A stretch of DNA of 62,000 nucleotides, from positions 159,038 through 221,037 of the forward strand of contig MU058233.1 in the NCBI GenBank assembly GCA_013265495.1, read 5' to 3'. The stretch is from Vicugna vicugna. Its lineage: Eukaryota. A program made the translations under genes and the position numbers. Shown here in pieces: positions 22,540-36,731 of this stretch (the first letter of the stretch is position 1; each line of letters opens with the position of its first letter). Under the pieces are notes generated by a model. That model saw only the letters and a list, made by a program, of their open reading frames with translations, ran no database searches and was not told the DNA's origin.

Positions 22540-23770
22540 CCTTTTCCATGCCATGGCTTCCAGCTTATCTTCTCTCCAGAATATTCTTCCTCATCAACAG
22601 CCAGCCCCTCCAGCTACTTCTACCTTTTCCAGGTCTCAGCTTCCTTTTATACCCGAGTTAGGAGTTAGGAAGAGTGGCGTGCTCCCTGTCACCATTTCCT
22701 CTCCTCGTTGCTCTTGAATCAGCCTCAGCTGAGCTTTTGGTCCCACCTGTACTCTGAAACAGCTTCTCTTGGGGTTAGGTGCCGCCATATTGCCACATCC
22801 CCCTGTTAGCAGCCTTTGACTGGGCTGCCCATGGCTTCCTTGAGTCACTGTCTCTCCGTGGCAGTGAGACACAGTTCTGTCGGTTCTCCTGTTGCTTTGC
22901 TGGCTTCTACCCCCGTGTCCTTGCTGGTTTCTTCTCATCTCGCTGATGTATAAATACTAAAATGCCTTGGGGTGATCCCCCTCCTCATTGGTCTGCACAC
23001 CTGGGCGATCTCATCCTGGGTCATGACTGTCGGAGGAATGTCTTGAATGTGTATTTCCTGGCTGGATCTTCCCTTTCCAAACAGTCACTTTTACTTGGTT
23101 GAAACCTGCTTCTACACTGTTGGCGTCTCAGTCGGAGGCAGCTCCATTACTCCTGTTGCTCAGGTCAGAACTCCTTGTGTGATCTCTGTTTCTTCCACGT
23201 CCTGCATTAGATTGGTCAGCACTTTAAAAATCTATCTGAGTGCTGACTGCTTCTCCTGTCCTCTTGCCTACAGTTGTTGTTCAAGCCCCCCATGCCATCT
23301 CGCCTGGGTTATTCCAGTGACCTGCTTTCTGCTCACTTGAGTGGCTCTGCAGGTGACTCTCAGCACAGATCCGGGTGGTGCCCTCCGTGGTTTCTCATCT
23401 CCCTCAGAAAATAAGCCAGTCCTTAAGGCAGTTGATGAAGCCCTTTGTACCCAGGTCCCTGCTGCCCCTGTGACCTCGTGTCCTGACACCCCTGCTCCCT
23501 GGCTCCAGCACTTACTGCTTTGTAGAAGTTCCCAGTTCAGAGAGTCTTCTGTTTAACCCAGCACCTCACCCGCTCTCCCACAGGCTCCATCCCTTACCCT
23601 GAGCTTCGCCGTCGTGCTCACGGTCTGGCACTTACTGCTTTGTTCATTGCCTACTGCCCATCTTGGGGCAGGAACTGTGCTTTGTTCACACTTGTGCACA
23701 CAGCCATTCCAATAGTGTCTGATGGAGTCAGTGCCTCATAAATACTGTTGAGTAAGTAAATCAATGAACG
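22540..23770. mobile_element. Degraded L2 remnant
   Basis: L2-like pyrimidine-rich phrases, ending gtgcctcataaatactgttgagtaagtaaatcaatgaa. Confidence 0.55.
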
Positions 23771-26059
23771 GGTTCTTTCCTAAAGCAGGTGGATTTGGTA
23801 GGGACCTATGGATACAGGGGTAGTTAAAACTACAGGGGATGCTGAGGAGCAGACTTCACATGCGGTGAGTTAGAGGAGGGAGGTTGCCTTTTCCAGGCTC
23901 ACACACGAGGTGAAGTTTGTTGTGGACTTTGGGTTTCGTAGGTAGAAATGAGGAGAAGGGAGTCAAGCTGGGGATGAGCACTTGAGGCCATTCAAGGAGG
24001 GATTCAGCTACCAGACTGCATTCAAAGGGCTCCCTGCGAAGTTGGACATCCTGCAGGGGCAGCGTGGTGTCTCTTCACGTGTGCCATTCACAGGGTCTGT
24101 CCATCTTCTGTTTCCTGGCAGTGAATTCTCGTATTGATGCTATCTCTGCCAACCCCACCCCCCCATCCAGAGAGGTCTGCAGATTCCCCTGGGGTTCCCC
24201 ATTCCCAGTGCAGTGGCAGTGAGCGCTTGGCGGGTCTGCTTTCTCCCTCTGCAAAGGCAAGCAGCTGACTGTGGCTGCAACCTGCGGCCAGTTCAGCCTC
24301 TTTTTCCAGGTGAGGGGCGTCTTCCTCTGGAGCCTGGCTCTGCTCCTTAGCCGCCAGGAGGGGCTGCAGTGCTCACTGCCCGTAGAGCAGAGCATCCCTT
24401 GGGCCTGTCATCTCAGCCTCGCCCCCTCTGTGGTTTCTGCTTTATTTCTAATCAGCGGAATTTTTTTGTCTTGTTTTAATGCATTATTGGAGAAATTAAT
24501 TCAAAAAATCATTTATGTTCTGAGTGGAAGGGAAGGTCTTTAAGTATCCTCACTTTACTATTTTACCTTTTATGTAGTTTTCACTTTTTTTTTGGTGTAG
24601 AATTTGGAGAACTTTGACAGATGTGTGATTTCCCCGATGGTCAGAGTGCAGAATAGTTCCTCCCTCCCAGCTATTCCCTTGCGCTGCCAGCCTGCAGCCA
24701 GCTCCTCCCGCAGCCCTTGGCAGCCTTGCCCTCTGTGTGTGTCAGTGAAAGGCACAGGGTTGGAGCCGTTTGGGTCTGGCTTCTTCCACTGAGCATAATG
24801 CATTTGACATTCGTCCGGGGTGCTCCGTGTACCAGGGGTTTGTCTTTCTTTGTGGAGTGGTAGTCCACAGTGTGGACAGAGCACAGGTTAACATTCACCC
24901 GTTGAAGGGCATTTGGATCGTCACCAGTCTTAATACAAGTAATTGCACGACCGTCAAACAGCGCAGAAGTGCCCAGAGGACAGTGGGGTCCTCTTTGCCC
25001 TTTCTCCTCGTTCTTTGCTTCCCCCAGCTGCCTGGTTCAGTAGCCGTTTTTCCAGGTCTCTTTCTACACATTAGAGGCTGCATTCTCTGTGAGAATGGTA
25101 TTTCCCATGAGGGGTCAGAACTGGCTCTTGGGAGGAGGGTGAAGTATCAGACACGACGGTGGTTTGTGGCCTCCCACAGGGTCATAGGGCATCACGGGTG
25201 AACTGTCCTGCTGTGGTAGTAAGATTTCACGGGGGGCTGGCTAGGAGAGAAAGGCCTAAGTGGACTTCTTAGGGGACGATGGGGAAGATAGCTGAGCAGC
25301 AGCAGCAGAATGATGAATTGGCGTTTGTAACTTTGCTGCCTGGTGTTTGAGAAAGCATCTCTTCGGTTTGTGTTGGGTGCTCTTCTCGCGCTGAGGCGGA
25401 CCCCACCTGCTGTAGTACGGGGCCTTGGTCTCTCAGGCTAAGGACCCCCCCCACCACTGCCGTGATGTTCAGCTCGTGGCACCAGAGCCTGTTAAACCGC
25501 AAGGCCTCCTGGGGAGCTTGCGTCTGGGCTTCCCTGTCTCTGCACAGCGGACCCCGACAGGTCGGCTCTGTACAGCACGCGGTGTTGCGCGTCCACCACA
25601 GCGCTCAGACTCAGGCTGTTTTATGTCATTTGGAAATTAGGCATTTTAGGAACTAGTGAGTAGGAGCTAGTACAGAGCCTTCATAATCTGGTCTGAGGTG
25701 GGAGAGGAATGAACCTTTTGTTAGGAAATAGGATCTTTAGTGCAGTCCTTTATTTGTTAAGTGACATCTGGTGTTGCCATCTTACGTAGATGGTTACATT
25801 CTACTGTGAAAAATTTCAACGATACATGAAGATTGAAATAACTTTATAGTAAACACCTGTATACCCACCCCCTAGCCTTCTGCTGTACCTGCTTCATCCG
25901 TCCATCCATCTTTTAAAAATTTTGAGTAGCATTTCAAGGTAAGTGAAAGCATAGTTTTTAATGTATTTAAGCTTTTTTTTTTAACTCCCTTTGGCAGAGG
26001 TGGTTGGTCTGTTTCTTAGGGTCTGTCACAGTACTTGGAACAACACAAAGACCGCTTAT

Positions 26060-26204
26060 TTATTTATTTTTATTTATTTTTGCAGGGAGGAGGTAATTAG
26101 TTTTATTTATTTATTCGATTTTTCGGTGGAGATATTGGGGATTGAACCCAGGATCCCAGGCACGCTAGGCATGTGCTCTACCACTTGAGATATACCCTCC
26201 CCCC
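26060..26204 (-). mobile_element. Vic-1-like SINE
   Basis: Same consensus; flanking AAAGACC(G/A)CTTA duplication. Confidence 0.85.
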
Positions 26205-27909
26205 AAAGACCACTTACGAAGGGACTTGAGTATAAGTTAACAGAGAACATTCTCTGCGGAGGGACGTCCTGGAGGATGGCCGTGCTTTTTCGGGAGAAGA
26301 GGGAGGTTTCATGTGGCTAGACACGGGGTGTTTAGGGATGAAGGTTCTCATGGCCTGGCTGCCGCTGCTCTGCTGGTGGAGTGGTCTCCGCCCCGCCTTG
26401 GCTCTCCTGGAGCTGCTTTCTCACAGACCTGAAACAGTGGTGGTGTCTGGATCTCCTGGTCCTCAGACTGCACCTGGCCATCGCTGAGCACATTTTAGCC
26501 ACGCAGAGGCCCGCTCTGTGCGGACTGCTGGGGACGCCACTGGCGGTGCCCTGAGCATCGCCCTCAACCCTCCTGTGCCCTTTACCAGACCTGTCAGTCT
26601 CAACCGTGCTGGTTTTCAGGAGTCTCAGTGTGTGTGCATCTGTTTGGGGAGAGTCCAGTTTGAAAGGAGAAGCTCTACATAGTCTTACTTCTTTGATTTG
26701 TTGTTAGTCCACTCAGTAACTTTAGTTTGAAACGCAGGTAATGTTAAACGAGGGCTTGACTTAATTTTTCCGAAGACAGAGATAAAACAGCCAAGACCAC
26801 TGTCCTGAAATTTCCTAGCTCCTCTGTCCCTAGTCTCCGTCACAGCCCCAGCCGAGGCTGTGTGTGCTGCTGCGTGTTCCGTAGAGTTCTCTGACCCTGG
26901 GTTTCCCTTCGCTCTGCTAGGACATAGCTGCTTTCGGGCCATTTCAGGAAGCAGAATTAGGAAATGTGTTACAAGGAAAAACTCATGAATCGATATGACT
27001 CCTAGTTCTTATCCAGCACCATGGGGCTGATCTGTGTCCTTCCTTCTCTGTGATTATGTTGTCCTTTCCAGAGTCAGATTTGTTTCTGTTTATATTCAGT
27101 TTTAGGGAGTTCTTTATCCTTACTGATTTAGTTTTGCTTTTTGAAAATGTAACCCTTTAACATGATTCTTAAAGTCACACTGATACGAGATGGTGTACTC
27201 AGAAGCGCCTTTCACTGTCTAGCAGTCTGCTTGCACCCGCCCCCTGTGGGTCACCCCCCCCCATGCATTTCTGGTGTATTCTTCCTGGGTTTCTTTTTTG
27301 CAAAAGTAAGCAGATATTTACGGGGTGTTATTGCTTCCAGACTCTTTTGGTGGACATAACTAAGAAATATATTTGTTAAGAAAAAAAGTATGTACAAATA
27401 TGTATGTATCTGCTTGCTGTTCTTATTGACGTGTAATTGCCATACATTATGTTAGTTTCAGGTGTACAAAATAACGATTTCACATTTGTATACAGTGCAG
27501 GATGGTCACCACAGCAAGTCTGGTTACAGTCTGTCACCATACAGAGTTACAGATTTTTTTCCTTGTTATGAGAACTTTCAAGATTTACTCTCAGCAACTT
27601 TCAAATCTGCAGTACAGTAGTATGGACTGCAGTCACCATGCTCCACACCCCCATGACTTACTCATTTTCTAACTGGAAGTCTGTACCTTTTGATCCCTTA
27701 ACCCATGTAGCCAGCTGCCCAGTCCTCGTCCCCTCTGGCAGCCACCAGTTTGTTCTCTGTATCTGTGAATTTTGTTTTGTTTTGTTTAGATTTCATATAT
27801 GAGTGAGATCATATGGTATTTATTTCTTGTCTGATTTATTTAACTTAGCATAATACTTTCAAGGTCCATCCAGTGTTGTTGCAAATGGCAGGATTCCATT
27901 CTTTTTTTC

Positions 27910-27974
<65 letters not shown>

Positions 27975-27980
27975 TGTGTG
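27910..27980. repeat. (TG)n(TA)n compound microsatellite
   Basis: Directly visible. Confidence 0.97.
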
Positions 27981-29769
27981 TAAGTCAGTTTATAATATTG
28001 TGTCAATTTCTGGTGTACAGCACAATGCCTCAGTCATATATGAACATGCAAATGTTCGTACTCATTTTTTTTCACCATAACTTACTGAAAGATATTGAAT
28101 ATAGTTCCCTGCACTATACAGCATGGAACTTGTTGCTTTTTTTTTTCTTCTTCACTCTTTTATATGTCTGAGTGATACTCCATTTAAAATACATCATATC
28201 TTTATTCATTTATTCATTCATGATGGGCACTTAGGTTGCTTCCGTATCTTAACTATTGTAAATAATGCTGTGTATGAACATAGGGGTGCGTATATCTTTT
28301 CAAATTAGTGATTTTGTTTTCTTCTTTTTAGATAAAGTGTAATTGCTTGGTCATATGGCAATTCTATTTTTAATTTTTTTGAGGAGCCTCCATACTGTTT
28401 TCCATAGTGGCGGCACCACCAAAAGTGTGTGAGGGTTCCCTTTCCCCACATCCTCGCTTGTTATTTGTTGTCTTTCTCATAATAACCATTCTGACAGGTG
28501 TGAAGTGGTATCTCATTGTGGTTTTGATTTGTATTTCTCTGATGATTAGTGATGCTGAGTGTCTTTTCTAGTGTCTATTGGCCACCTGTGCCTTCTTTGG
28601 AAAAATGTCTCTTCAGATCCTGTCAGTTTGTAAATTGGATTCTTTTTGATATTGAGCTGCGTGAGATCTTCATGTATTTTAGATATTAACCCCTTATCAA
28701 ATATGTGATTTGCAGATGTCTTCCCCCGTTCCGTAGGCTGGCTGTTTATTTTGATGATGGTCTTCTTCGCTGTGCAGGGCTTCTAAGTTCGGCGTCTCCC
28801 ATTTGTTTGTTTTTGCTTTTGTTGCCGTTGCCTTTGGAGTCAGGTCAAAAAAAAAAAGAAAAGAAAAAAATCTCGAAGAGTGATGCCAAGAAGCTTAATT
28901 GCCTGTGTTTTCTTCTAGTAGTTTTGAGTTAATTTTTGTGTATGGTGTAAAACAGTGGTCTTTGCATATGGCTGTCTGGTTTTCCCAGCACCATTTATTG
29001 AAGAGGCTGTCTTTTCCCCCGTAGTTCATGCCTCCTTTGGCGCACATTAATTGGCTGGCTGTGCGTGGCTTTACTCCGTGGTTCTCTGTTCTGCTCCACT
29101 GACCTATAGGTTTGTGTTTGTACCAGTAACAGACTGTTGTGATTGCTGACGCTTTGTAACATAGTTTGCAGTCAGGGAGCTTGATGCGTCTAGTGTTGTT
29201 CCTGCTCAAGGTCACTGTGTCTGTTCATGATACATTATGGTTCCATACAGATGTTTTAATTGTTCTATTTTTGTGAAAAATGTCATTGGGATTTTGATAA
29301 GGATTGCATTGAATCTGTAGGGTACTTTAGGTAGTATGGACATTTTAGCAATATTAATTTCATATTAATCTATGCGTGCAGACTGTCTTTCCATTTATTT
29401 GTGTAGTTGTCTGTTTCTTTCATCAGTGTTGCATCTTACAGTTCTCAGTGTACAGGTCTTTGACCTCCTTGGCCAGGAAATTCCAGAGTATTTTATTCTG
29501 TTTGATGCAGTTGTAAATGGGATTGTTTTCTTAATTTCTCTGATAGTTCTTCGTATGTGAAAATGCAACAGACTTTGCATTTTGATTTTGTGTTTTGTAT
29601 TTTGATTTGATTTTGTATCTTGCAACTTTATTGAATTCATTTATTAACTCTAATAGTTTTTTTTGGTGGAGTGTTGAGGGTTTTCTGTATATAATGTGTT
29701 GTCTGAAAATAATGACAGTTTTACTTCTTTCCAATTTGAATGCCTTTTATTTATTTTTTAAATTAAATT

Positions 29770-29913
29770 TTTTTGGTGGGGGAGGAGGTAATTAGGCTCG
29801 TTTATATATTTATTTATTTATTATTATTATTTTTTAATGGAGATACTGAGAATTGAACCCAGGACCCTGTGCATGCTAAGCATGCACTTCACTACTGAGC
29901 TATACCCTCCCCA
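29770..29913 (-). mobile_element. Vic-1-like SINE inserted into L1
   Basis: SINE consensus; TSD ATGCCTTTTATT at 29740-29751 and 29919-29930. Confidence 0.88.
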
Positions 29914-32900
29914 CCTAGATGCCTTTTATTCCTTTTTCCTGTCTAATTGCTCTGGCTAGGGCTTCCAATAGTATGTTGGATAGAAGTGGCAGGAGTGGGT
30001 GTGTACCTTATGTTGTTCCCGATCTTAGGGGAAATGCTTTCAGCTTTTCACTGTTGAGTGTGATGTTAGCTTGTCATATGTGGCCTTTAGTATGTTGAGG
30101 TATGTTCCTCTGTACCCACTTTGTTTTTTGAGTTCTTATTCTAAATGGATGTTGAATTTTGTCAAATGTTTTCCCTGCATCTATTGAGATGACTATATGA
30201 TTTTTCTTCATTTTGTTAATGTGGTTTATCACGTTGATTGATTTGTGGATGTTGAACCTTTCTTGCATCCCTGGAATAAATCCCAGTTGATCATGGTTTA
30301 TAATCCTTTTAATGTGCTGTTGAGTTCAGTTTGCTAGTATTTTGCTGAGGATTTTTGCATCTATGTTTATCTGGGATATTAACCTATAATTTTCTTTTTT
30401 TGTGGTGTCTTTGTCTGGTTTTGATATCAGTAATGCTGGCCTTGTGAAATGAATTTGAGAGTGTTGCCTCCTCTTCATTTTTTGGGAAGAGTTTGGGAAG
30501 GATATGCATTAAATCTTCTTTGAATGTTTGGTAGAATTCACCAGTGAAGCTGTCCAGGACTTTTGTTTGTTGGGACATACTGCTTTGCTTTTGGAAAAAG
30601 AATGCAGGAAAGATACCTCTATCCATGCATCAGTCCACCTGTCTGTCTCTCTTCCCCCTTTCTTATACGAACTTATTGCCCAGTATGTAGTCTTTTGCGC
30701 TTTGCTTTTTTGACTTAACAGTATATGTTCTGGAAATTGCTTTACACTGTTTCATGAGGTCTCCCTCTTTTTTCATACAGCTATGCAGCACTCCATTAAA
30801 GTGAATGTACCATAACACAGTCAGCCAGTCTCTGAAATATTATGGGCTTGTCTCTGATTTCCGGTACTTTGCATTTACGAGTAACGCCACAGTGAATAAC
30901 TCTGTGCTATGTGTTTTCATTTTGGAGTTGGATATTCATGGTGACTTTGTCGTGGGACTGCTGGGAACAAGGGTAAGAGCCTGTGTGGTTTGTTAAATGG
31001 TGCCGTTTGTAGGGCTGGACAGCTTATACCCTGCAGCAGAGCTAAGTGGCCTGGCTCCCTACAGCCTCACTAACAGCTGTCTGGCTTTTGGATTTTGTGT
31101 GGCTGATAGATGAGAAGTCATAGTTCACTTAGTTTTTATTTGCATTTCTTTTATTACGAGTGATGGATTTATAAGTGAATGTGCTTGAAAAATTCAGCTT
31201 CAAGTCTTGGAGTTTTGCTTTGTTTTACTGATTTTTGCAGTAGGAAACCCCATTTCGTTAACATAGGCTAGGAGTGAGTGAATTGAATCAAACGTTTAGT
31301 TAGTTACTCGTGAGCTGCCTTGAAGAGATACGCTCAGTGTTTTGGTGGATTGGGTTGTTTGGCTCTCTTTGATTTGTGAGAATTCTTAAGAATGGATAAG
31401 CCTTTTGTCATATATGCTTCAAACATTTTTTATCTCAGTTTCTTATTGCAATGTTTCTCTTTAGTAAAATTTTCAATTATTATTGTATTTTAAAAATAAA
31501 TATTGTTTCTAAGTTTTATGCCATGTTTAGGAAACTCTTCTTCACTGCTGGGTTATAAAAATATTCTCGTATGTTTTAAAAATATTTTTATGGTTTGATT
31601 CCCCTCCCCTCCGAATAATTTTTGAGAATGGTGTGAGGTGTTGGGGTGGGCAGAGCTCAGGGGGGTAGAGCTGACCGTTATTTTTCTAAATGGATTGAGC
31701 TAAGAAAGTTTGAATTTTAATTCTCTAGCATCACAGAACGCTGTTAAGAATTTAGTAATGCTTTAAAATGACTTTTTTTTTGGTGTGTGTGTTGGCTGTT
31801 GAAGTTCACTTTTATTTCCATATGCATTTTTACCAAAATAGTAATGGGATTTTTCAGGGAATTATGTTAAATCATTACATACATTTGGGGGAAATGGACA
31901 ATGCTACATGTTCCTATTGATGACATTGGTATAAAGTTCTTTTCGTTTGGCTCTTCTTCAAGTTCTTTTAAAATGGCTTTTTATTTAAAAAAATCTCAGC
32001 AGCAGTCAGAAAGCCTTAGTCTTGAAAAAACACCTGTCAGTGGGAGGCATTTTTCTCTTTGGTCTGCAGATCTTGATGAGGCACAGATTTGTGGATGCCG
32101 CAGAACCCTGAGAGGCCCCCTGGGTGAACCGCTGTGGGAGGCGGCGGGAACGCAGGGACAGGTGTGTTAGCGTAGTCTTGTTTCTTAAGGCAGAGAATTG
32201 CCGGGGTTTGTGTGATGGGCTGGAGTGGAGCGTGTGAAGTGTCTTCTATTACACGGCGTTTTCTTTTTTTTCCTGGTTGAAATATAGGTGATGTGCAATG
32301 TTACGTTAGTTTCAGGTGTGCTGGTGACTTGACCCGTGCACATGTTATGTGATAAGTCCAGTATCTTTCTGTCCCCGTGCAGAGTTATTACAATACTGTT
32401 GACCATGTTCCTTATGCTGTGTATTACTTCCCGTGACTGACTGACCGCATGACTGGAGGTCTGCACCTTCCAGTCCCCTTCACCCATTTTGCCCGCCTCC
32501 CGCCCCTCCCTCCCAGTATTCTGTATCCATGAGTCTCTCTTCGTTTATTGTTCTTTATGTGCTGGACCAGCCAAGATGAGCCCGAGTCTCACAGTTAACA
32601 GGTATGGTCCAGATGCCAGGGCTTCCCGCGTGAGGGCAGAGTGCCCACCACGAGTCCCTGCAGTTAGCTCACCCTTCGTGCTCCCTCGGGACCTCATCTC
32701 TGTGCTTCGTGTCCTCCCAGAGCTGCAGAGTCAGCGTGGCAAATAGCATGCCCCGTCTTTGCCAAATCACGTCTCGTAACCACCCAGCCCAGGGCAGGGA
32801 AATGAACACGTGTGTTGTAACTGGCAGGAGAATTGGGATATTTGGTGAACAGCACTAATGACTGTGACAAATGCCAGTTAAGGACAACTTTGGAAAGCAT

Positions 32901-34490
32901 AGAAAGGTAGCAGGAAAAAAATCGAAGTGTCACATATTCAGTATTGACACTTTTTTGCATAGATGTATCAAAATTTATCGATTATTTGTTGTCAGGCATG
33001 TTGCCTTTTTGCTGTAGATAATATTTCAGTGCACATCCTTGTCTATTGAACACAGCTCTGACTTCTTCTTAGGCTGATCTGGAAGTCGGGTCCTGGGCCA
33101 GAAGATGTGAATGTGCTGTAAGACTCTTGTACCTACTGCCAAATTGCTTTCTGGAGTTCCCAGTTGAACATACTGCCAGACACAATTTTTGGCCTCTATC
33201 CTCCCTCCACTCCCATCACGTTCTGTCTGTCCCTGTGCCCTGAATTCACACTTGAGTGTCGCAGCCATTGTTCCATCCTCTTCCTTGTTCCATTTGCCGC
33301 ACTCGCCGTCCATCCCGGGTGCTGCTGACCTAGCAGGACTGCCCTAGTGGGTGAGGGCCAGGGGGTTGGGTCTGTGGGGAAACGTAGGGGCAGAGAGGGA
33401 GATAGGTTTGGAGAGGGAGCAAGGCTCATGCCCGAGCGCTCAGCTAGTTGAAGGGGCAGACCAGGATGCCCAGTCCCTTGCTGTCTGGACTGGGAGCTCC
33501 CTGAGGAGGGGCTGGCAGCTGGAGCAGTTCCAGCCCCAGCGGGTGGGTTGGGAGCAGCTGCTGTCAGGACCTGGCTCCTGAGCCCTCCACCCCTCACTCT
33601 TTCGAGTTCTGACCTGGGGACCCCTGCCCTACACTGAGGAAAGGGCCCAGGTAGGTGTTTCTTAGAGTGGCATTTTCCTGGCGCCGTGTGCCCCTTTGTG
33701 GTATCAGGTTGCCCTGAGAAAGCAGGAGCCGCACTGATGGTGGGTGAGCCTGTGTCCTGTCTGTGGTTGGCGCTGTCCTCGCCGGTGGCACTGGGGGGCG
33801 CCGTACGCAGTGGTCCGATGCCTGGCCCCTGCTGCTGGCAGCCCGAGGACCTTGGCCTCCCCACAGTGGTGCCCTCCTCGAGCCCTGAGTTGAGCAGTCC
33901 GCTCCAGCTGCTTCTGGTGACATCGCTGTCAGCAATTAAAAAGTCGTGTTGTCACTGGTGATAGCTTTGCTTTCCAGCCAGTGCATTTTGAGTGGGATGC
34001 AGGTTTAGATAAGCAGTTTCTTTACATTATTGCTGATTGGTTTGTTTTTCTAACTTGACTATAAGCTCACTGAAGTCAGGAACCACTTTTTAAAAAGTTG
34101 AGGTGCAGCTTATGGCTCTATGAATTTGGACAAACACGTCCAGGCGTTGCCGCAAATCAAATGTAAAAACAGTTCCATGCCCCCAGGTCCCCTCCTGCCT
34201 TCTCAGCTCCCCCCCCACCGTCAGACCATCAGGCCCTGTCTGATATGTCCCTGCGGTTTTGCCTGTTCCAGGACGTCTTGTCATGTCACTGGCCTGCAGT
34301 TTGCGGTCCTCGCGTCTGGCCCTGCTCCTTGACGTCCTCGTGGTGTGGGTGTGTCGGTAGCTCGGCGCCGTGTGGCTCACCCAGGCGTTCTGTCCCCTCG
34401 CCAGGTGAAGGTCAGTATTCACGTTTTGATATGTTTTAGTAGGTAGTTTTTTCATTTACATTTCTAACCGAGTTAAAGTTGTACACTTGA

Positions 34491-34557
34491 TTTTTGGGGG
34501 GTGGGGGGAAGTAATCGGATTTTTTAATTTATTCATCTTTAATGGAGGTCCTGGGGT
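34491..34557 (-). mobile_element. 5'-truncated Vic-1-like SINE
   Basis: ggggggaagtaatcgg...aatggaggtcctgggg; only the 3' part is present. Confidence 0.6.
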
Positions 34558-36731
34558 AAGAAATTTTTCATTTTTATAACATAGTCTCCACCTAGAACTT
34601 GAACATTGGATATTTCTGGTTACACTTCTTTTTATTTTTACTGTATTATCCTGTAGTGTGTTTTTATGCACAATTGAAAAAATTGGTAGGTGAGTTTCCT
34701 TAGAAGGATTGCTAGGGCAGAGGTGTCGGGATCTGTTTCCCCGCCGTCGCTGCCCAAGCCGTTAGGCAGGCTTTGAGTTCTGAGCCCTTTGGGGTCTCTG
34801 CTCCATCTCCCTCTGCATTTTCTCAACACATCCATCAGTTGTCACAGCAAATTCTGCCCGCCCCCTCCCGCCCCGGCTTTTGTAAATTACTACACGTGAG
34901 AGAGTTTCTCTCTGGCCTTCCTTCTCTCTTACTGATCACCTTTAGTATTCTGGGAATGTGTTCTGAGGAAATAACCCTAAACACGTGCTGATGTGTTTGT
35001 TCTTGGATCTCTGTGCCTGTTGCACACTTCTCTCCCTCATGGTGCTTGTTTAAAAACATCAGGAAGAAAAGCTCGTTTTGAAAGCAATAAGCACGTTTCT
35101 GAGCCGCCCCCGCCCCCGCTGTGCCCCTCAGCTCACAGCCCCACCCGGTATGTTGGGCCCTGTGCTGGGGGGCTGGGGGGCTGGGGTGGGAGTGGGCTCC
35201 TGGCTTGGTGACGAAGGCCGTCCTCACTGCAGTCCTGGGTTCCCATTCACCTCTCTAATCTGGTATCTGACATGTTTAGTACGTTTGCTGCAGTTTGCGC
35301 GTGACCTTCAGGCTGCATCTTCAGAGACTGCCATCAGAGCAGGAAGTGCCTCCTCCTGCTGGTTTAAATGTGGTCCCATGTGTCTTGTTTCCCCGGCCTT
35401 TACCTGCGCATCTGTGACTTCTGCAGCTTTTATTTCATCTGTATGCACATTTCAGCCAGGAGCGCGGCCTGTGGGAGCACTCACTCACACGTTAGTGTAT
35501 TTCCACTTTTCAGTTTTGTAACTTTTGGTTTATAATGTTTTCATCCCTTGTCTGTTTTCTCAGTGAAATAGCAGCAGTGCCCTGACGATGAAAGGGCGCT
35601 CCGGCTTGTGTTCTGGGGAGGCGTGGGAGGAGCACCAAGAAGTGGGGAGCTAGGTGTGTCAGTTGAGGCAGGGATTTTTAAATAGTAGGTGTTCCTGTGG
35701 CTTGACCCAGCCACAGTGGGAAGCAGACAGGCTGTGGCTGTTGTCCTGCTCCGAGTGGGCTCGGCCCCGTGTTGCCAGGTGTGACTGTGAGCATATGCCC
35801 TGCCTCACCTCGGGGGTGGCCTCTCCTTGCTCCGTCCTCTGCTGTCTCCTGTCCCAGAAAAGCTGACCTCCCTCAGGGTCCCTTCCCCTCTCCCACACTC
35901 TCTCTTGTCCTCCGCACAAGCAGCTTTTGGCCTTTGAGCTCCTGTGAAGCTGAGGTCCCACCTCCCCAGAGTTTGCAGACCCCTAACCAGGACTCCCCAG
36001 AGGGAAGGCTGGAGTCCTGGCCATTCCTCTCTCTCCCTGTGAGCTTTTCTTCTTGACGTTCCTCTCTGTGTGCTCTTGCAGACATTGCTGAGATGAGAGG
36101 CTGTCGCAGCCAGGCCTGGGCTCTCTTCTGGGAGGCAGAGTCTGACATGGAATGGAGGCTCCGTGCATCCACACTTGGTTGACACTGGGTGTTTGTAGTT
36201 AGTGTGGCACAGATGGGTGTGAGAACTGCTGGCTACCTGGGGTGGGTGTTCTGGTGATGGGGTGACAGTGGCATATGACCCATGCCTGCACACCTGCCTT
36301 CCTGGGCGCCGTCCCTCCCCTGGGAGAGACAGGCAGACAGCCCCACTCATGGGGAGGAGCACGAGGCCAGGAGCAGCCTGCTAGGAGGAAACGTGCCAGT
36401 CACAGCACCCGCGTTCAGATCACAGCCTGCTGGCCTTAAGCAGGCGATGCTAGTTACCTTCCCAGGTAGCCGCTTGGGACCGCCCACCTGCTCCGGCCAG
36501 GCTGTGCCCTGGCACGCCCCGCCCCCTCTGTGCTGAGGGAGGGCATCCCTGGTGCCCTCGCATGTGGGGCCCGATGAGTGAGACAGGCGTTTGCATCTCC
36601 GGCGGAAGCTTCCGCTCAGCATCTGTGCGGTGCTGCCGAGGGTTCTCGGAATAGTGGCGACCATTGGGTGACTCGACTTTACCTTTGATCTTCCAGGCGA
36701 GCGCTAAGTCGGATAAGGAAGGAGGGCGACC

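Larger units (their letters stand above)
27420..30560 (-). mobile_element. About 3-kb L1 fragment (3'UTR into ORF2) with nested microsatellite, young L1 tip and SINE
   Basis: Minus-strand ORF2 RT remnants ([58 protein letters not shown]). Confidence 0.9.

Noticed and set aside
25300..25400. ATGATGA...CTGA spaced like a box C/D snoRNA
   Set aside because: No terminal stem and no recognisable guide sequence.
26205..26680. Possible antisense ERV LTR remnant
   Set aside because: Only vague resemblance; boundaries and family could not be fixed by eye.
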